Source of the DNA: Magallana gigas
Taxonomy: Eukaryota
Direction of reading: 5' to 3'
Assembly (NCBI RefSeq): GCF_963853765.1
Contig: NC_088862.1
Coordinates: forward strand, 1,488,001 to 1,552,000
Length of the DNA stretch: 64,000 bases
The stretch's first letter is position 1, and every line of letters starts with the position of its first letter. The position numbers and the translations under genes are program-made. Under the pieces are notes generated by a model. It worked only from the letters and a program-made list of their open reading frames with translations, was not told where the DNA came from and ran no database searches. Of the stretch, positions 60,295 through 64,000 are shown piece after piece.

Positions 60295-61657
60295 GACTTC
60301 AATGTGCAGGTTTGTTTTTCGGTGAAGGTCACTTTCATTTCGATTGACCAATCAAATTGTCAAATTCAGTAGGCGCGCCTTCTTAAAACGGTAGGACTAA
60401 TTACACCAAAAAAGGATAATAATTTTAAACATTTTATTGAAATGGAAATCATTAAAAAGAGCGCCAACGAAAGTTAACATGAAACGATTTGTTGCATGTG
60501 CAAATGTGTTGTTTTGCATCAGAATGTCGCAATTGAATAACAGTCCCAATGTAATCCACATAGACGATTTTATTGCCCAAAGCGGGGAAAAAAAACCAGG
60601 GATTCCAAGGTGTGTTTGATATTGAAATGCGATTTGAATTTAAATGTACATGTATCTATAGTTGTAGCAAGAATTTTTTAGAAATATATATTTGTGAACT
60701 CTGTAGATAATACATAATTTAGAATTACATAGAAAGGGGGGGGGGGTTGGGCAGTGTTTAATTTTCCTTTTTTCCACCTAAAATGCAATGTTTGCCCATT
60801 TGACTTTTGCGCCAAGATTTTTACTAAGCGGATAATAATGTTGGGGACATTCATTATGGAACCTTATTTTCCTTTATTCCATTTCGACTCTTCATAATGA
60901 ATAATAATGGGACCGGTACGTACATTGTTGGTTTGAGTTTCAATATCAAATGTTACATTTTGTTGATAATATAATCTTCTATACATGTTAACAAATCAAA
61001 TCAATTTTTCAATATCTTTGGCACGGGCCACTTTGTCAAAAATGATGATTTCTGTACGCTGCATATATTTGTAAACAAAGAAACTTTTGTATCGTGATTG
61101 TAACTTGAATTCTGACAAGTTTTTGTCAATCAACATATAATATGAAATGCATAAGTAAACCATTTTATACATATTTTTTAAAAAATCTCAAATCGTGTTG
61201 AGGTTCCTTTCATCTAACAATGCACATGTAAATCATTACATTCAACCCCCCCCCCCCCCCAAAAAAAAAAACCCCACAAAAAACCCCCAACAAATAAATA
61301 GAAAACCATGCAAAGATTATCATGAGGATTTTGATTGATTTCTAATACTATAGTAATATGTGCATGACAGTATTTGTATGCGTATTTGATTCATCACTAT
61401 TATAAGGGCATTTCAAAGTTTTAAGGCTCATCGTCGTATACATGTATGCTCGACCCTCTACATACATGCAGTTATCTCAGTTATCATGTGACACTGCCAC
61501 CCCCTTCCCCAACCACACACACATGAAGTTACAAAACATTAACGAATGCTGAATTTTTTTTACAGTTCACTATAAATACGGTATATTCACGCAAATTCGC
61601 TTTTTTTGCCGAATACTTTTTTGTTTACATTATTTGATTTTGCTTTTTTAAGCTTAC

Positions 61658-61686
61658 ACTAGACTTTGACCCGTGCGTGCACGGGT
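61658..61686 (-). mobile_element. Canonical Helitron 3' terminus
   Basis: Minus strand acccgtgc-ac-gcacgggt hairpin, then caaagt CTAG|T. The 5' TC end was not located. Confidence 0.75.
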
Positions 61687-63125
61687 TGACATTGCATATC
61701 GGACATTTACGAAATAGGTACATCGACACACCTTATTATTGACATTTACATAACAAAGCTATAGGCCTACAATAATGCTATTAGTTTCACTACACTTTCC
61801 TTAATTTGAATAATCTAACTGTGTCTCGGGAAAGGCCATCACCACAGCTAGTTAGAATGCATCCCTTATACCCGTAATGTAGCAGAAAATTGCAGAATCG
61901 CTCCGGAACGATTTTGGAGAAAATTAATGAAGTTGCCTTGAAAATGATAGTCAAATTCATCACAACAAACCTTTTTAAGACTGCAAATACCTTTCAACTA
62001 AAAATTTTAATCCAGAGAATGGAAGAATTCAACACCTTTTCACCAACGTGCACGCATTTTCTTTGTAAAACTGGGTCCGTAGGACATTATTGATTTTTAC
62101 GATAAAACATATTCTATCTTCACTCTCCTAACAAATATAATGTTACTTTTTTGCATGTAATCAGCTATTTTTGTCATCACGAAGACAAAAGTATAAGAAC
62201 TTAGTTGAAATGTATATTTGTTATTTTATACTTTCTCTCTTAAGAAATCATTAAAATAAATATATATGAACAGAATATATAGCAAAAGTCCAATGAAAAT
62301 TTACCCGTATCTGTATATTATCATTTCTGAGTTTATTCATGCAGATGTGATATTATGGAAACAAACTAAAGATCCCGTTAGCGTGAATGTATTGCGCAAG
62401 CGCAAGATTGTAAAATCCAAACAATTCATGCAGGTGATTTCCGGGATGTTTTGAGGAATTTTCGCTGATTATTAATAAGCGAAGCTTAACTGAGAAAAAA
62501 TCAAAACAAATTGGTAAACTTCAAGTACCAATGATGTTTAAAATATATAAAACAGTATTCTTCCGATTTCTCGGTATTAAAGACTAAAAATTCGAGTCTA
62601 TTATTTTAATATAGTAGTATAGATATGTACACGTATTTATTAATCAGTTTTCCATATACACATATTTCTCGGTGTATATTTTCGTTCCTTGCAAATGCTT
62701 AAAAAAGTGGATGCAATTGTATTAATACTGATATTATAACAGACTCCAAATAAGGAGCAGGGCCAATAATGTAAGAGAGGTGCATTGTGCTACAAATAAG
62801 TATGCAATATTTAGACATTGGATCAGTTGAACCAACAACGCTGTGGTTTTTCTTCATTTCGCACTCGTGACATAATCTCGGACCACTGCCGAGACTTGCT
62901 TATTTGACCTTTGGAAATTGCCATGTACGATATGTAATTAAAGAAAACGAAACATATATATATTTTTTTGATATTTAGAAATTGCACTTTTCACATAAGA
63001 AAGAAATGACAAAAAATCGTACATCTGAATGCTTCATATAGAGAACTCAAAGACATTTCATAAAAAAGAAAAAGAAAACTGACAAACAAGCAAAAAACCG
63101 AATGAAAATGAAAACAAAAACCAGA

Positions 63126-64000
63126 CAAAACTAGAGGTACTGTGAGCAAGCTCACAATTGATACCCCCCGCTAAGATGAAAATCATAATGCGAGTATTTT
63201 TCCAATTATAAAAAATATTGGATGAATCGATTTCACCGTCCATTATCTATAAATAACAACTGCTCTATTTTTTTAAAACTGCTGGTCATAAGCAATATTT
63301 GTGTGAAGTAAGAACATTCAATGCTTCTCCATAAGAAAGATAATGACCGGACACGAATTTTGCACTTTTTCTGCCAGTGACCTTGACCTTGCCAAAATGA
63401 CTTTGGGTCAAAGTCATGACACACCCTTTGGTCCTAAGCAATATTTGTGTGAAGGTAGAACATTCAATGCTTCTCCAAAAGAAAGATAATGACCGGACAC
63501 TAATTTTGCACTATTTTTCCCAACGACCTTGACCTTGCCCAAATGACCTTGGATCAAAGTCATGACACACCCTTAGGTCATAAGCAATCTTTGTGTGAAT
63601 TAACAACTTCCAATAATTCTCCATAAGAAAGATATGGACCGGACACAAATTTTGCACTTTTTCTGCCAGTGACCTTGACCTTGCCAAAATGACCTTGGGT
63701 CAAGGTCATGACACACCCTTAGGTCATAGGCAATCTTTGTGTGAAGTAAGAACTTCCAATAATTCTCCATAAGAAAGATATGGATCGGACACTAATTTTG
63801 TATTTTTCCTGCCAGTGACCTTGACCTTGCCCAAATGACCTTGGGTCAAGTGCATGACACACCTTTAGGTCATAGGCAGTCTTTGTGTGAAGTAAGAACT
63901 TCCAATAATTCTCCATAAGTAAGATATGGACCGGACACGAATTTTGTATTTTTTCTGCCAGTGACCTTGACCTTGCCCAAATGACCTTGGGCCAAGATCA
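63126..64000. repeat. Helentron-associated satellite array, 146-bp unit, at least 5 copies, running off the window
   Basis: The gtgaccttgaccttgcc motif recurs at 63377, about 63523, 63669, 63815 and 63961. Confidence 0.9.

Noticed and set aside
60437-60619. Possible first exon of a gene divergent from ACMSD (MSQLNNSPNV..GIPR|gt)
   Set aside because: No downstream exons could be linked and there is no homology cue.
63233-63916. ORFs in the terminal region
   Set aside because: They are translations of the 146-bp satellite units.

Overview
This is AT-rich eukaryotic (metazoan) DNA with spliced genes and dense transposon content. The repeat landscape resembles an oyster or other bivalve, which is my inference. 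The main feature is a very young, nearly intact 10.95-kb Ty3/Gypsy LTR retrotransposon on the minus strand (5565-16517). Its two 258-bp LTRs differ at 1 nt, and it has a PBS, a PPT and a GGGAAAC -1 frameshift site with a predicted pseudoknot. It carries three unusual accessory modules: a ComEA-like helix-hairpin-helix at the Gag N-terminus, a PHF2/PHF8-type PHD finger at the integrase C-terminus, and a third ORF in the env position encoding a TatD-family nuclease. The TatD metal ligands are all present, but an in-frame stop removes its last 22 residues. Host genes I could splice by eye are an ankyrin/SOCS-box protein (+), a YjbQ/UPF0047 protein (7 exons, -), a flavin-containing monooxygenase (6 exons, -) and ACMSD (10 exons, -), plus two partial unknown genes. 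Other items include a tRNA-derived-LTR TRIM (Helenus-like) with a fold-back palindromic LTR, a 7x tandem amplification of a YjbQ splice donor, a decayed Gypsy, a Crypton-like tyrosine recombinase relic, Helentron/Helitron pieces, and several MITE families. All calls are by eye with no database searches, so novelty claims need checking.
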